The notes beneath the pieces were generated by a model that saw only the letters and a program-made list of their open reading frames with translations, did not search any database and was not told the DNA's origin. Positions 7,173 to 16,005 of a stretch of 38,527 bases of DNA are shown here, one piece after another. Positions within the stretch are counted from its first letter, which is position 1. Every line of letters begins with the position of its first letter. Both the position numbers and the translations under genes were made by a program. The DNA lies in IMG/VR virus record IMGVR_UViG_3300044507_000081, positions 1 to 38,527 of that record; one strand, written 5' to 3'. The stretch is from a virus (Duplodnaviria; Caudoviricetes).

Positions 7173-8056
7173 TGGCACCGAAGAGAAACCCACCCAGGCC
7201 CGACGCGACCATGGAGATCCTGCCCCCGGAGGCCGCCGCCCCGGAGACCATGATCGACGTCCTGCGCGGCGGCGCGGCGATCACCAAGGCGGAGAACGAC
7301 ACGCTCTCCCAGGTGGCGATCACCCGCCCCAGGAACGCGGCGCGGTCGCTGCAGACCGCCCTCGCGGAACTCGAACTCGACCCCGCCTTCGCGGAGAAGC
7401 AGTACTACGTGATCCCCTACAAGAACGCGGACGGCACCACCACCAACATCGAGGGCCTGTCGATCAAGGCGGCCATGGCGCTCGCGCGCACCTGGGGGAA
7501 CTGCACCACCTCCGCCCGCCTCATCGAGGAGACCCCCGACGCCTTCCTGGTCGAGGGGGTCGCTATTGATTTCGAGACGAACTTCCGGGTCTCGAAAATC
7601 GGCTCCGTCTCGAAGTACTACCGGAACCGGAAGACCGGCGCCATGGTGAAGTGGCGCGACGACAAGTACCCCCAACTCCTCGGGGCCGCCGCCTCCAAGC
7701 AGGTCCGCAACGCGATCCTCAACATGATCCCGGAGGCCCTCCAGCGCCGCTACTGGTCGAGGGCAAAAGAGATCGCCGCCGGTGACAAGGCGCCCCTGGA
7801 CGTGAAGGCCGAGGGGAAAAAGATCCTCGCCGCCTTCGCGCCCTTCGGGGTCGAGGCCGAACACCTGGAGGGGAAGATCGGCCACCCGCTCAAGAACCTG
7901 ACCAAGGCCGACGTCGGCCTCCTGCGGGGGATCTACAACGCCCTCGCCCAGGGGCAGACCACCGCCTGGGAGGCCTTCGGAGTCGAGGCCCCGCAGGAAG
8001 GCGAAGAGACCACCGCCGCGCCCCAGGGATCGCCCCTGGGCGGCGAGGCGGACTAG
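7172..8056 (+). CDS. putative ssDNA-annealing/recombination protein
   Basis: 'IEGLSIKAAMALARTWGN' and 'AAASKQVRNAILNMIP' resemble a conserved phage family that sits beside exonucleases. Function is inferred from context. Confidence 0.6.
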   Translation: MAPKRNPPRPDATMEILPPEAAAPETMIDVLRGGAAITKAENDTLSQVAITRPRNAARSLQTALAELELDPAFAEKQYYVIPYKNADGTTTNIEGLSIKAAMALARTWGNCTTSARLIEETPDAFLVEGVAIDFETNFRVSKIGSVSKYYRNRKTGAMVKWRDDKYPQLLGAAASKQVRNAILNMIPEALQRRYWSRAKEIAAGDKAPLDVKAEGKKILAAFAPFGVEAEHLEGKIGHPLKNLTKADVGLLRGIYNALAQGQTTAWEAFGVEAPQEGEETTAAPQGSPLGGEAD

Positions 8057-8064
8057 CAACCGGC

Positions 8065-8097
8065 GGGCGCGGCCTCGGGCCTCCTGGGGCCGCGCCC
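8065..8097 (+). terminator. GC-rich hairpin, possible terminator or mRNA stabiliser
   Basis: GGGCGCGGCC...GGCCGCGCCC followed by CTCTTCT; weak U tract. Confidence 0.35.
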
Positions 8098-8113
8098 CTC
8101 TTCTGGAGGGCGC

Positions 8114-8485
8114 ATGATCTACTGCGGGGAATGCGGGGCCGAGATGAAACTCCGGCCCTCCCGGTACGGGCACTTCTACGGGTGCACCAGGTTCCCCGAC
8201 TGTCGAGGAACGCACGGGGCCCACGCGGACGGTCGGCCTCTCGGCATCCCTGCCGACCGCGAAACGAGAGAGGCGCGCACCCACGCGCACCAGGTCTTCG
8301 ACGCCTTCTGGAGGGCGCGCGGACTGGAGAGGAACAAAGCCTACGGTTGGCTCGCGGCGCGCCTGGGAATGTCGCGCGCCGCTTGTCATATCGCCCGGTT
8401 CAACCGCGAGGATTGCCGCCGCCTCGTGAAGGTTGTCCAGGGCGAGGAGGATCGACCACCCAGGCGGAGGAGGAGAGAACGATGA
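8114..8485 (+). CDS. DUF3268-like zinc-finger protein
   Basis: 'CGECG', 'FYGCTRFPDC', 'PLGIPAD', 'AH..FD..W', 'AYGWLA..LG', 'CHIARF'. Confidence 0.75.
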   Translation: MIYCGECGAEMKLRPSRYGHFYGCTRFPDCRGTHGAHADGRPLGIPADRETREARTHAHQVFDAFWRARGLERNKAYGWLAARLGMSRAACHIARFNREDCRRLVKVVQGEEDRPPRRRRRER

Positions 8486-9156
8486 CCGCGAAGAGGAAGG
8501 CGCCCGAGGCGCCGAAGGCCGCCAAGGAAACCACCGCCCTCGTCCCGACACCCGAGGCCGCCGCCGCCGCAATCTACCGGCGCAAGGACGAGATCAACGC
8601 CCTGGTCGCCAAGGCCGAGGCGCAGAAGATCACCGACTCGACCTCGCAGACCATGGCGGTCGAACTCCTCGGTGAGATCAAGAGGCGCAAGATCGACGCC
8701 GAGGAAACCCGGAAGGCGATGAAGCGCCCATGGGATACACTCGTTCGCGCCATCGACGGCGCCTGGAGGGCGATCCTCGACCCTCTCGACGCCGCCGAGA
8801 GAACGCTCAAGAACCGGTGGGCGATCTATGTCGCAGAGGAGAGGGCGGCGCAGGAGAAGGCGCTCGAGAAACAGCGCGCCCACGAACAGGCGTTCCAGAA
8901 GGCCAACCCCTCGGCCACGGTTCTCCCGGTCGAGGCCCCCGCGCCCGTCTCGAACATCACCACCACCGCCTCGGGGTCCAAGGCGGTCGGCAGGGAGGTC
9001 CCGGACTTCGAGATCCTGGACCTGGAGAAGGTGCCGCACCAATACCTCGACCTCAACCCAACGCGGGTCAAGGCCGCGATGCGGTCGGGGGTTCGAGAGA
9101 TCCCAGGCCTGCGCCTCTTCTGGCGGCAGGACGTATCGGTCGGGGCAGGGCGGTAG
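8482..9156 (+). CDS. coiled-coil phage protein (Gp157/Gam-like C-terminus)
   Basis: Long helical region then 'FEILDLEKVP.QYL...IPGLRLF'; RBS GGAGGAG. Confidence 0.6.
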   Translation: MTAKRKAPEAPKAAKETTALVPTPEAAAAAIYRRKDEINALVAKAEAQKITDSTSQTMAVELLGEIKRRKIDAEETRKAMKRPWDTLVRAIDGAWRAILDPLDAAERTLKNRWAIYVAEERAAQEKALEKQRAHEQAFQKANPSATVLPVEAPAPVSNITTTASGSKAVGREVPDFEILDLEKVPHQYLDLNPTRVKAAMRSGVREIPGLRLFWRQDVSVGAGR

Positions 9157-9157
9157 C

Positions 9158-9649
9158 ATGGGCGCCGCGATTTGCGTCTACTGCGACCAGGCGGTGACCG
9201 GATCGGTCGAAGGCCACCGCGCCCGCGCCTGCAAGGGCGCCCCGCGCGGAGTCGTCGAGGCCTCGCGCCTCGCCGTCGCCGCCTTCGGGGAAGGGTTCGA
9301 CCTGCCCCCGAAGGCCCCCCAGGCGCCCGCCCAGGAGGCGGCGCCCCCGAAACAGGCCGCAACCCGTGCGCGGCCCGAGGCCGCCCGAACGGCCCAGGCC
9401 GAGGCCAAGGCCCCGCAGACGGGGAAGAACACCCCGCCTGGGGCCGCACAGGGGTCCACGGGGCCTCGTTCGGCCCCCGCCCCCGCCCCGAAACCGGCCC
9501 CGCCGCCCCCGGCGCCCGCCTCGCCCCCGCCTCCCCAGGCGCGGCAGGCGGCCCCGGAAGGCCCCGCGAAGGCCGCGCCGCCCCCTCCTCCGCCTGCGCC
9601 CAGGCGGAAGGCCCCCGCCACCACCGCGCCCAAGACCGCGCCCTTCTGA
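9158..9649 (+). CDS. zinc-finger (CxxC..H..C) protein with Pro/Ala-rich tail
   Basis: ATG follows the previous TAG directly; CVYC...HRARAC. Confidence 0.65.
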   Translation: MGAAICVYCDQAVTGSVEGHRARACKGAPRGVVEASRLAVAAFGEGFDLPPKAPQAPAQEAAPPKQAATRARPEAARTAQAEAKAPQTGKNTPPGAAQGSTGPRSAPAPAPKPAPPPPAPASPPPPQARQAAPEGPAKAAPPPPPPAPRRKAPATTAPKTAPF

Positions 9650-9661
9650 CCGGGAGGGAAG

Positions 9662-10699
9662 GTGGGGGACAACTTCCGGTGGTGGAAACTGTGGTACTCG
9701 GCCCTATCGGACCCGGCGGTCCTCTCCCTGCCGCCTGCCCTCCGGTGGGCCTGGGCCGCCCTCGGCGCCTTCTGCAAGGTTCACGGCGCCGGGGGCGTCC
9801 TGCACTTCGACGGCAACCTCGACGGCCTCCTCTCCCTCGCCCTCTACATGGGGGTCCGACCCGAGGCGGTGCGCGCGACCTGCGCGCGCCTTCCTGGGGT
9901 GCGGGTGGTGGAGGGGGCCGCGAGGCGCGGACCAGGCGGAAGGCTACTCGACGAAGGGCGCAAATCCTACTCCGAAAACCTATGCACTCGGAAGGCCTCA
10001 CCCTTCTCGGTGGTCTTCTCTAACTGGAGGAAATATCAGGTGGATCGGCGTCGGTCAACCTCCAGGAAATCACGCAAGCAAATCCCCTCTCCTCTCCTCT
10101 CCTCTATCAGTAGCAGTAAAGGGGTAGAGGTCCAGGAGGAGGGGGCCGCCCAGGCGCCCGCATTGTTCCCCGTTGAACAACCGGCGCCGAAGGCCAAGGG
10201 TCCGAAGGCGAAACCCTCCCGCGAGGCCTGCGCCACCTGCGCCGAGGTCCTCGCTGAACTGAACCGACTGACCGCGCGCCCGCGTGGGTTCTCTGCGGTC
10301 GGCCAAGGCGGCGCGTTCCTGCACTCGCGGCACCAGGAGACCTCCCGAGAGGACTGTCTCCGGGTGGTCCGGGTCATGGTCGCGAAGTGGAAGGGCCGCA
10401 CGATCATCGACCGCGACACCGGGGAGACGGTGAGCATGGAGGATTACCTCCGGCCCTCGACCCTCTTCCGGCCCTCACGGTTCGCGGAGTACGTCACCCT
10501 CCCGGAGAGAAGAGAGAGGCCCGCGCCGACCCAGGCGGGGACCCCCCTCGACCCCCAGGAGATCGCGGCGGTCGACGTCGAGGCCGCGCGCGCCAAGACC
10601 AGGAGGGGGGAGTCAATCTCCTCCACCGAGGCGGCGGCCCTCGCCTTCGACCGGGAAAGGGCGGGCGCCGCCGCGCGCGCCCCTGGAGGGAAGTCATGA
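9662..10699 (+). CDS. phage replication initiator (replisome organiser) with conserved phage C-terminal domain
   Basis: N-terminal 'WWKLW'; C-terminal 'VLAELNRLT...KWKG...MEDYLRPSTLFRPSRF.EY' (Phg_2220_C-like). Confidence 0.8.
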   Translation: MGDNFRWWKLWYSALSDPAVLSLPPALRWAWAALGAFCKVHGAGGVLHFDGNLDGLLSLALYMGVRPEAVRATCARLPGVRVVEGAARRGPGGRLLDEGRKSYSENLCTRKASPFSVVFSNWRKYQVDRRRSTSRKSRKQIPSPLLSSISSSKGVEVQEEGAAQAPALFPVEQPAPKAKGPKAKPSREACATCAEVLAELNRLTARPRGFSAVGQGGAFLHSRHQETSREDCLRVVRVMVAKWKGRTIIDRDTGETVSMEDYLRPSTLFRPSRFAEYVTLPERRERPAPTQAGTPLDPQEIAAVDVEAARAKTRRGESISSTEAAALAFDRERAGAAARAPGGKS

Positions 10700-11178
10700 C
10701 CGAACCGCCCGACGACTTCGACCCGTCCGACCAGGGCCTCTCGCCGCCCAGGGAGGGCGGCCTCTCTCGCAACACCGACCCGGAGACCTCACACGCCGCC
10801 GGTGATAGCATCGCCGGTATGAGGATCGGGATCCTCCAGGGCGCGGTCCTCGCGGTGGTCAAGGCGCACCCTGGGTCCTTCGCCTCGGCGATCTTCGCCT
10901 GGGTCTGCGCCCTGTTCCAGGAGGCGGGGCGAACGCTCTCGGCCCCGATCTACCGGGACTCGATTACCCCGCGCCTCTCCGAACTGCGGGAGAAGGGGTT
11001 GGTGGAGAACGAACCGAAGGGAAGTCCGCACCGCACGACGATAGACCCCGAAACCGGGCGCGCGGTTCTCCGGTGGTGGGAGAAGGGCGAGTCGCCATCC
11101 GCCAAGGCCGCCGCCGCGAACGCCTCTAAACCGCAGGCCGAGTTGTTCCCGCGCGACCCCGCGCGGTTCACCGAGTAG
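10696..11178 (+). CDS. winged-HTH phage protein
   Basis: 'RNTDPETSHAA' and 'SITPRLSELREKGLV'. Confidence 0.65.
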   Translation: MTEPPDDFDPSDQGLSPPREGGLSRNTDPETSHAAGDSIAGMRIGILQGAVLAVVKAHPGSFASAIFAWVCALFQEAGRTLSAPIYRDSITPRLSELREKGLVENEPKGSPHRTTIDPETGRAVLRWWEKGESPSAKAAAANASKPQAELFPRDPARFTE

Positions 11179-11186
11179 GAGGACCG

Positions 11187-12044
11187 ATGGAAGAGAACCC
11201 GAACCCCACCGCAGAAACCCCCACCGAGTACTCGGACCCCACCGTCGAGGCGGTCCCGGACTCGCGGTCCGCGCCCCTGCCGGGCGCCCTGCCCCTGTTA
11301 CGAAAGGCGCACATGCGCGCCCTGACCGACACCCGGCGCCTGGTCCTGCACGAGGACCTGGTGACCGCCCTGGGCGAACTCGAAACCCACGAGGAGAACG
11401 CGAAGGCCTCGGCGGCCACCTACAAGGAACTCCAGGGTGACGCAAAGGCCGAGGTGCGCCGCCTGCGCGGCATCCTCCACTCGGGCGAAGAGAAGGTCGA
11501 GGTCCTCTGCCGCCAGATCGTGGACTTCGACTCGAATGCGATGCGGTTCGTCTCGGTCGAGACCGGGGAGGAGATCGCCTCGCGCGCCCTCCGCCCCGAG
11601 GAGGCCGAGGCCGCCGCACAACTCACCATCCCGATCCCACCCTCCGCTCCACAGGCGGAGGCCGCCACCGCGGCGCCCGCGCCGACCGGATACTCCATCG
11701 TTCGCGCGCTCGAAGGTGACCGACCGCCCCGGTTCGTCTTGGCCGACGCGGACGGCAAGATCGTCCAGGAGTTCGCGGACTTCTACGCGGCCTCCGACGC
11801 CCTCGCGACCATCGAGGGGCGGCCCCTGCCGGTCTGGACCTGCGCCAAGTGCGGCGCGGAGATCAACGGGGCGCCCTCCAGGACCACCGGAGGGGTGCTC
11901 GATCAACCCCTCTGCTCGAAGGTCTGCGCCGACGCCTGGGAGACCAGGACCATGTCGGTCTCCGAGGCCGAGGCCGCACCACCCGCGCCCGCGCCGAAGA
12001 AGCGACCCAGGCGGCGGATCCTCCGCGCGGTGCCGCCCGCGTGA
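11187..12044 (+). CDS. hypothetical phage protein (C-terminal CxxC..CxxxC)
   Basis: RBS AGGAGG; 'VETGEEIASRAL' motif; strong codon bias. Confidence 0.75.
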   Translation: MEENPNPTAETPTEYSDPTVEAVPDSRSAPLPGALPLLRKAHMRALTDTRRLVLHEDLVTALGELETHEENAKASAATYKELQGDAKAEVRRLRGILHSGEEKVEVLCRQIVDFDSNAMRFVSVETGEEIASRALRPEEAEAAAQLTIPIPPSAPQAEAATAAPAPTGYSIVRALEGDRPPRFVLADADGKIVQEFADFYAASDALATIEGRPLPVWTCAKCGAEINGAPSRTTGGVLDQPLCSKVCADAWETRTMSVSEAEAAPPAPAPKKRPRRRILRAVPPA

Positions 12045-12391
12045 TCCTCGCCGCCCTGTTGGCGGCCCTGCTCTCCTGGGCGCCTCCTCTGCTCGATTGC
12101 AGGGGAGGCGCCGAGGCGGGGCCTCTGCACTACACCGTTCGGTGGGCCTTCCGCGAGGTCATCGGAACGACCATGGTGAGCGGTGAACCGATGCCGGTCT
12201 ACTCGCCCTTCTCCTGGTCGGCGCTCGAGACTGTCCCCGCCTCGTACTGCGCCGACCTGCACGACGGGGAGGGCCTTCGGTGCCGGTGGGTCATTCCTCC
12301 GGCGCCTCAACCTGCGGTGGGGGCGTTCCTGGTGACCGAGGTCACCGCCTACGACCCCGCCGACAACCCCGACTGTGGAGGGAAACCCTGA
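12041..12391 (+). CDS. exported protein, possibly FN3-like beta fold
   Basis: Hydrophobic N-terminus (MILAALLAALLSW), 'YTVRW', 'VTAYD..DN'. Confidence 0.55.
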   Translation: MILAALLAALLSWAPPLLDCRGGAEAGPLHYTVRWAFREVIGTTMVSGEPMPVYSPFSWSALETVPASYCADLHDGEGLRCRWVIPPAPQPAVGAFLVTEVTAYDPADNPDCGGKP

Positions 12392-12639
12392 TGCCGACGC
12401 GCGTTGGTGGACTTGGAACCTGGGCCGCCGAGAAACTCACCGCCTTCCGGGAGTGGGCCGCGACGCCTGCCCCCGCGCCTGCCCCTGGGGATCGGCGCCC
12501 GCCCTGGGCGGCCTCCGTCGCCGCCGTGGCGGCCTCTGCCGCCGTCGTACTCCTCTCCCTCGCCCTCCTGGGCCTCGCGGCCTGGGCGTTCCTCGCGGCC
12601 TGGTTCGGGGTCCTTCGGTACTTGGGGTGCGGATCTTGA
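12391..12639 (+). CDS. small membrane protein
   Basis: TGATG coupling; long hydrophobic C-terminal segment. Confidence 0.6.
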   Translation: MPTRVGGLGTWAAEKLTAFREWAATPAPAPAPGDRRPPWAASVAAVAASAAVVLLSLALLGLAAWAFLAAWFGVLRYLGCGS

Positions 12640-13397
12640 CGCCTCCGGTCGCCAAGGAAGAGATCGTCCTCGCCCTGCCGACCCTCTCGGGGCGGGTCGC
12701 CGCAGGGGTGGCGCACATGCTCTACGAGGCCGCCCTCGTCACCGCGGACCCTTCCGCGCCCTGGGCGATCCGGCCCCTGTGGCTCAATAAGTACAAACCC
12801 CTCGCCTACGCGCGCAACGTCGCCATTGAGACCGCCCGCGCGATGGACCCGAGGCCCTCGCGGATCCTCTTCGTGGACGACGACATGCCGCCTCTCACCA
12901 ACTGGTGGCGCCTCCTCCTCCACGATTCCCCCATCGTCGCCGCCGAGACCCTCGGGTGGCAACCGGCGGAGCACCAGGGAAGCCAGGTCCCCGCGACCCT
13001 CTTCCCCGTCACGTTCGAGAAGAACGGATCCGGCACCTATGACCAGGTGATGAAGGTCGGGGTGGAGGAGCCGTTCATCTGCGACGCCGCCGGGGGCGTC
13101 TTCCTGGTGAAGATGGAGGTCTTCGACGCCCTCCCCCTGCCCTATTTCCTCGACGAAAGGGACCCGGTCACCTCGCGGATCAAGATCACCGAGGACGTCT
13201 ACTTCTACCGCAAGGCCAACGCCGCCGGGTTCCGCGTTCTGGTGGATCCCTCGGTGAAGTTCGACCACCTCAAGGAGTGCGCCGTCTACGACGTCCTGGA
13301 GTACGCGAAGGAAGCGAACCGCCAACTCCTGAAACAGTTTAGAGACCTGCGGGGCATCAACATCGTTCTTCCAGGAGACCCCAGGATCTCACATTGA
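12636..13397 (+). CDS. GT-A fold (family 2-like) glycosyltransferase
   Basis: 'ARN', 'ILFVDDDM' (DxD), 'TEDVYFYRKA...GFRVLVDPSVKFDH'. The TTG start is uncertain. Confidence 0.8.
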   Translation: MTPPVAKEEIVLALPTLSGRVAAGVAHMLYEAALVTADPSAPWAIRPLWLNKYKPLAYARNVAIETARAMDPRPSRILFVDDDMPPLTNWWRLLLHDSPIVAAETLGWQPAEHQGSQVPATLFPVTFEKNGSGTYDQVMKVGVEEPFICDAAGGVFLVKMEVFDALPLPYFLDERDPVTSRIKITEDVYFYRKANAAGFRVLVDPSVKFDHLKECAVYDVLEYAKEANRQLLKQFRDLRGINIVLPGDPRISH

Positions 13398-13426
13398 CCC
13401 CTGCCGCCGCAGGGAGAGGAGGAGCC

Positions 13427-13840
13427 GTGAATATCGACCCGAGAAGGAAACGCCTGACCCTGGAGGACCTGGTCGCCGCCGCGAACAAGGTCCTTGCCGA
13501 CCCCGCCTTCGCCCCCGTGGGCGCAGGCGCCGCGATCATGCTCGCCGCGTTCCTGACCCACCTAGTGGGGAAGGACCGCGACGGGAACTTCTGCCACCAA
13601 CTGTGGTGCGACGACCAGGGCACCCGGTTCGTCGTTCGCCCTGGGCCGCCCGTCGCCCTGGAGGGGAGGGTCGCGGAGGTCCGCTACAAGGACCCCGAGA
13701 CCGGTCAGGCCCTCCAGGTCCAGGGGCGCGGCCTGGAGGACGCCGCGCGCATCTGCGAACGGTTCATCCGGGTCGTCCAGAACGGAGAGGCGGTCGTCAC
13801 CCCTCGGGTGATCCTCCCCATGCCCCAGGGGGAAGCATGA
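13427..13840 (+). CDS. hypothetical protein
   Basis: RBS GAGGAGGAG then GTG. Confidence 0.7.
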   Translation: MNIDPRRKRLTLEDLVAAANKVLADPAFAPVGAGAAIMLAAFLTHLVGKDRDGNFCHQLWCDDQGTRFVVRPGPPVALEGRVAEVRYKDPETGQALQVQGRGLEDAARICERFIRVVQNGEAVVTPRVILPMPQGEA

Positions 13841-13889
13841 GGGACGTCGGATGGCAGGGGAAGTGGATCAACCGCGCGGGGTTCCGCCG

Positions 13890-14108
13890 GTGAGCCTCAT
13901 GATAACCGCCGCCACCCTGCGCCTTATTTCCAAGACCCACGTCATGGGGTGCACCTGCGCCTCGCCGCACCCGCCCTGCACGGGGCCGGTCTGCGACAAC
14001 CCGCAGGACGAATACCACACGGGGTCGAAGGACCTCGCCTGCGCCGCCCTCCAGGCGGAGTGGGCCGAGGTCGTCAACCTCCTCCTCGCCGCGAGACCCG
14101 CGCGGTGA
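13890..14108 (+). CDS. small Cys-rich hypothetical protein
   Basis: Coupled through GTGA overlaps (preceded by an 18-codon ORF at 13837-13893). Confidence 0.5.
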   Translation: MSLMITAATLRLISKTHVMGCTCASPHPPCTGPVCDNPQDEYHTGSKDLACAALQAEWAEVVNLLLAARPAR

Positions 14109-14521
14109 CCCGGATCTCCTGGAGGCACCCGGACCCGAAGGCCTGGGCGCGCGTTCGCCTCCAGGTCGCCACCCGCGCCCAGGGGCGATGCGAATGCCAC
14201 GGCGAGTGCGGCCTCCACCCGCCCACCATGACCAAGCGCGCGGACGGCCTGGTCTGGAAAACCCCCAGGCGGTGCACCGAACGGCAGGGCGCCGCCGCCG
14301 TCTTCGCCGGAGGCCGCATCGTTCTCACCACCGCCCACCTCAACGCCAAGGGTGGGCCCTGCGCCTGCGACCCCCTCTGCTGCAACCTCGCCCACCTCCG
14401 CGCCATGTGCCAGAGGTGCCACCTCCGATACGACCACCCCCGCCACATGTCCAACGCGCGCCGCACGCGGGAGAGGAAGTCCGGTCAGGCGCGCCTCTTC
14501 CCCAGGGAGGACCATCCGTGA
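14105..14521 (+). CDS. HNH-like zinc-finger endonuclease
   Basis: 'RAQGRCEC.GEC', 'VLTTAHLN', 'NLAHLRAMCQRCHLRYD'. Confidence 0.75.
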   Translation: MTRISWRHPDPKAWARVRLQVATRAQGRCECHGECGLHPPTMTKRADGLVWKTPRRCTERQGAAAVFAGGRIVLTTAHLNAKGGPCACDPLCCNLAHLRAMCQRCHLRYDHPRHMSNARRTRERKSGQARLFPREDHP

Positions 14522-15162
14522 CCGACGCCGCCTCCGACCGGCCCTGCCCTCGATGCGAGGGGGAACGAACCCTCCGCTACAAGGCCCCAGGGAAACGCCC
14601 CACCCGGATCACCTGCACCCTCTGCAACGGATCCGGCACCACCGCCGCCTTCCCTCCGAACGTCATTGACCCCGACCACGACCAGGGCGTAGGCTCGGCG
14701 GGAGGCGGGCGGGAGGCGCGAGGGGGTGAGAACCCCCGAGACCCTGTGGTAGATCCCAACTCCGAGGTAGACCGGAGAAGGTGGCGCGCCTGCTTCGACC
14801 GCACCATTCCCCTCCGCCCTCCCTCCCTCAACGACCTCAACCGCCGCTACCGGAAAATGCGTTGGGCACGCGAGGCCGTCAAACGCGACTGGCGCCCGTG
14901 GTTCAAGGGCGTCCCCCACGACTCCAAGGCCACCGGGTTCCGCCTGGTCCTCTTCACCCGGTTTATCGGCCCAGGCGAACGCGAGTTCGACGACGACAAC
15001 TTCAAGGGGGGCGTCAAGGCGATCCGCGATTTGTGCCGAGAGGCGGGCCTTATCCTCAACGACGACCCCAAGTCCGCACGCTTCTCCTACCGGCAGGAAA
15101 GGGCAGGAGGCCCCGCCGCCCTCCGCATCACCGTCCTCCTGGAGGACCCGCCGGTTCCTTGA
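14518..15162 (+). CDS. RusA-like Holliday junction resolvase with N-terminal DnaJ-type zinc finger
   Basis: 'CPRCEG..CTLCNGSG'; 'PPSLN', 'FDDDNF.GG.K...D....GLI.NDD'. Confidence 0.75.
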   Translation: MTDAASDRPCPRCEGERTLRYKAPGKRPTRITCTLCNGSGTTAAFPPNVIDPDHDQGVGSAGGGREARGGENPRDPVVDPNSEVDRRRWRACFDRTIPLRPPSLNDLNRRYRKMRWAREAVKRDWRPWFKGVPHDSKATGFRLVLFTRFIGPGEREFDDDNFKGGVKAIRDLCREAGLILNDDPKSARFSYRQERAGGPAALRITVLLEDPPVP

Positions 15163-15188
15163 CCTGACCTGGGGGGCGGGCGTAGGCT
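15159..15188 (+). promoter_or_regulatory. candidate sigma70-type promoter for the modification/morphogenesis operon
   Basis: TTGACC (15159-15164), 18-bp spacer, TAGGCT (15183-15188), then RBS GGAGGAG, in one of the few gaps between genes. Confidence 0.5.
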
Positions 15189-15213
15189 CTCGCGCGGGAG
15201 GAGTAAAGACCCC

Positions 15214-16005
15214 GTGGGAAAAAAGGCCGCGCCCGCCCCGCCACCCTCTGCCGCCCGCATCGAATCGGTCCCGCTCGCCTCCCTGCACCACGCGCCCTAC
15301 AACCCCCGCTCCATGCCGACCGCCGAGATGGAATCCCTCGAACGCGCCCTGCGGACGTTCGGGTTCGTGGACCCGGTGATCGCCAACCGGCGCGAGGCGG
15401 CCCAGGGGTGGAAGGCCTCGGACCCCAGGCCCATGATCGTCGGCGGCCACCAGCGGTGCAGGGCGGCGGAGAAGATCGGCCTACGGTCGGTGCCCGTGGT
15501 CTTCGTCTCCCTGGGCGCGGTGGAGGAGAAGGCGCTCAACCTCGCCCTTAACCGGATCGGCGGGGAGTTCGACCCGGAGAAGTTGGCGCTCGTCATCCAG
15601 GAGATACAGGACCAGGCCGACGCCCTCGCGGCGACCGGGTTCTCCGAGGCCGAGATCGCCGCCGCCATCGCCTCCCTCGCAAAGGACGCCGAGGCCCAGG
15701 CCGCCGCGCAGAAGGTCGCCACCCTCGCGGAACGGTTCGGCGTGCCGCCCTTCTCCATCCTCGACGCCCGGCAGGGGTATTGGCGGGCGCGCAAGGAAGC
15801 GTGGCTCTCCCTGGGCATCAAGTCCGAGATCGGACGCGGCGAGAACCTGCTCAAGTTCTCGGAGACCGTCCTCTCGAACGGGAAGAGGCGCCGCCCTGAA
15901 ACGATCGGGCCTCGTGCAGGAACGAAGGGGCCTGATGCAGCAACGACCCCGCCTCGTATAGCAACGCCGAGGCCTCGTGCAGCAACGCGCGGGGGCGCCC
16001 GGTGA
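15214..16005 (+). CDS. ParB/Srx-like domain plus the N-terminal segment of a phage DNA methyltransferase family
   Basis: 'YNPR', 'FGFVDPVI.N', 'IVGGHQR..AA', 'EKALNLALNRIGGEFD', then 'LAERFGVPPFSILDARQGYW..RK..W.SLGIKSE.GR'. Confidence 0.85.
   Translation: MGKKAAPAPPPSAARIESVPLASLHHAPYNPRSMPTAEMESLERALRTFGFVDPVIANRREAAQGWKASDPRPMIVGGHQRCRAAEKIGLRSVPVVFVSLGAVEEKALNLALNRIGGEFDPEKLALVIQEIQDQADALAATGFSEAEIAAAIASLAKDAEAQAAAQKVATLAERFGVPPFSILDARQGYWRARKEAWLSLGIKSEIGRGENLLKFSETVLSNGKRRRPETIGPRAGTKGPDAATTPPRIATPRPRAATRGGAR
15909..15987 (+). repeat. 4 imperfect direct repeats at exact 21-bp period (core GCCTCGTGCAGCAACG)
   Basis: Copies start at 15909, 15930, 15951 and 15972; a degenerate in-register copy starts at 15888. 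Confidence 0.85.

Noticed and set aside
15214-16005. ParB as evidence of a plasmid-prophage partition system
   Set aside because: No ParA is visible. A ParB-like domain attached to methyltransferase segments just upstream of terminase is a common phage arrangement.
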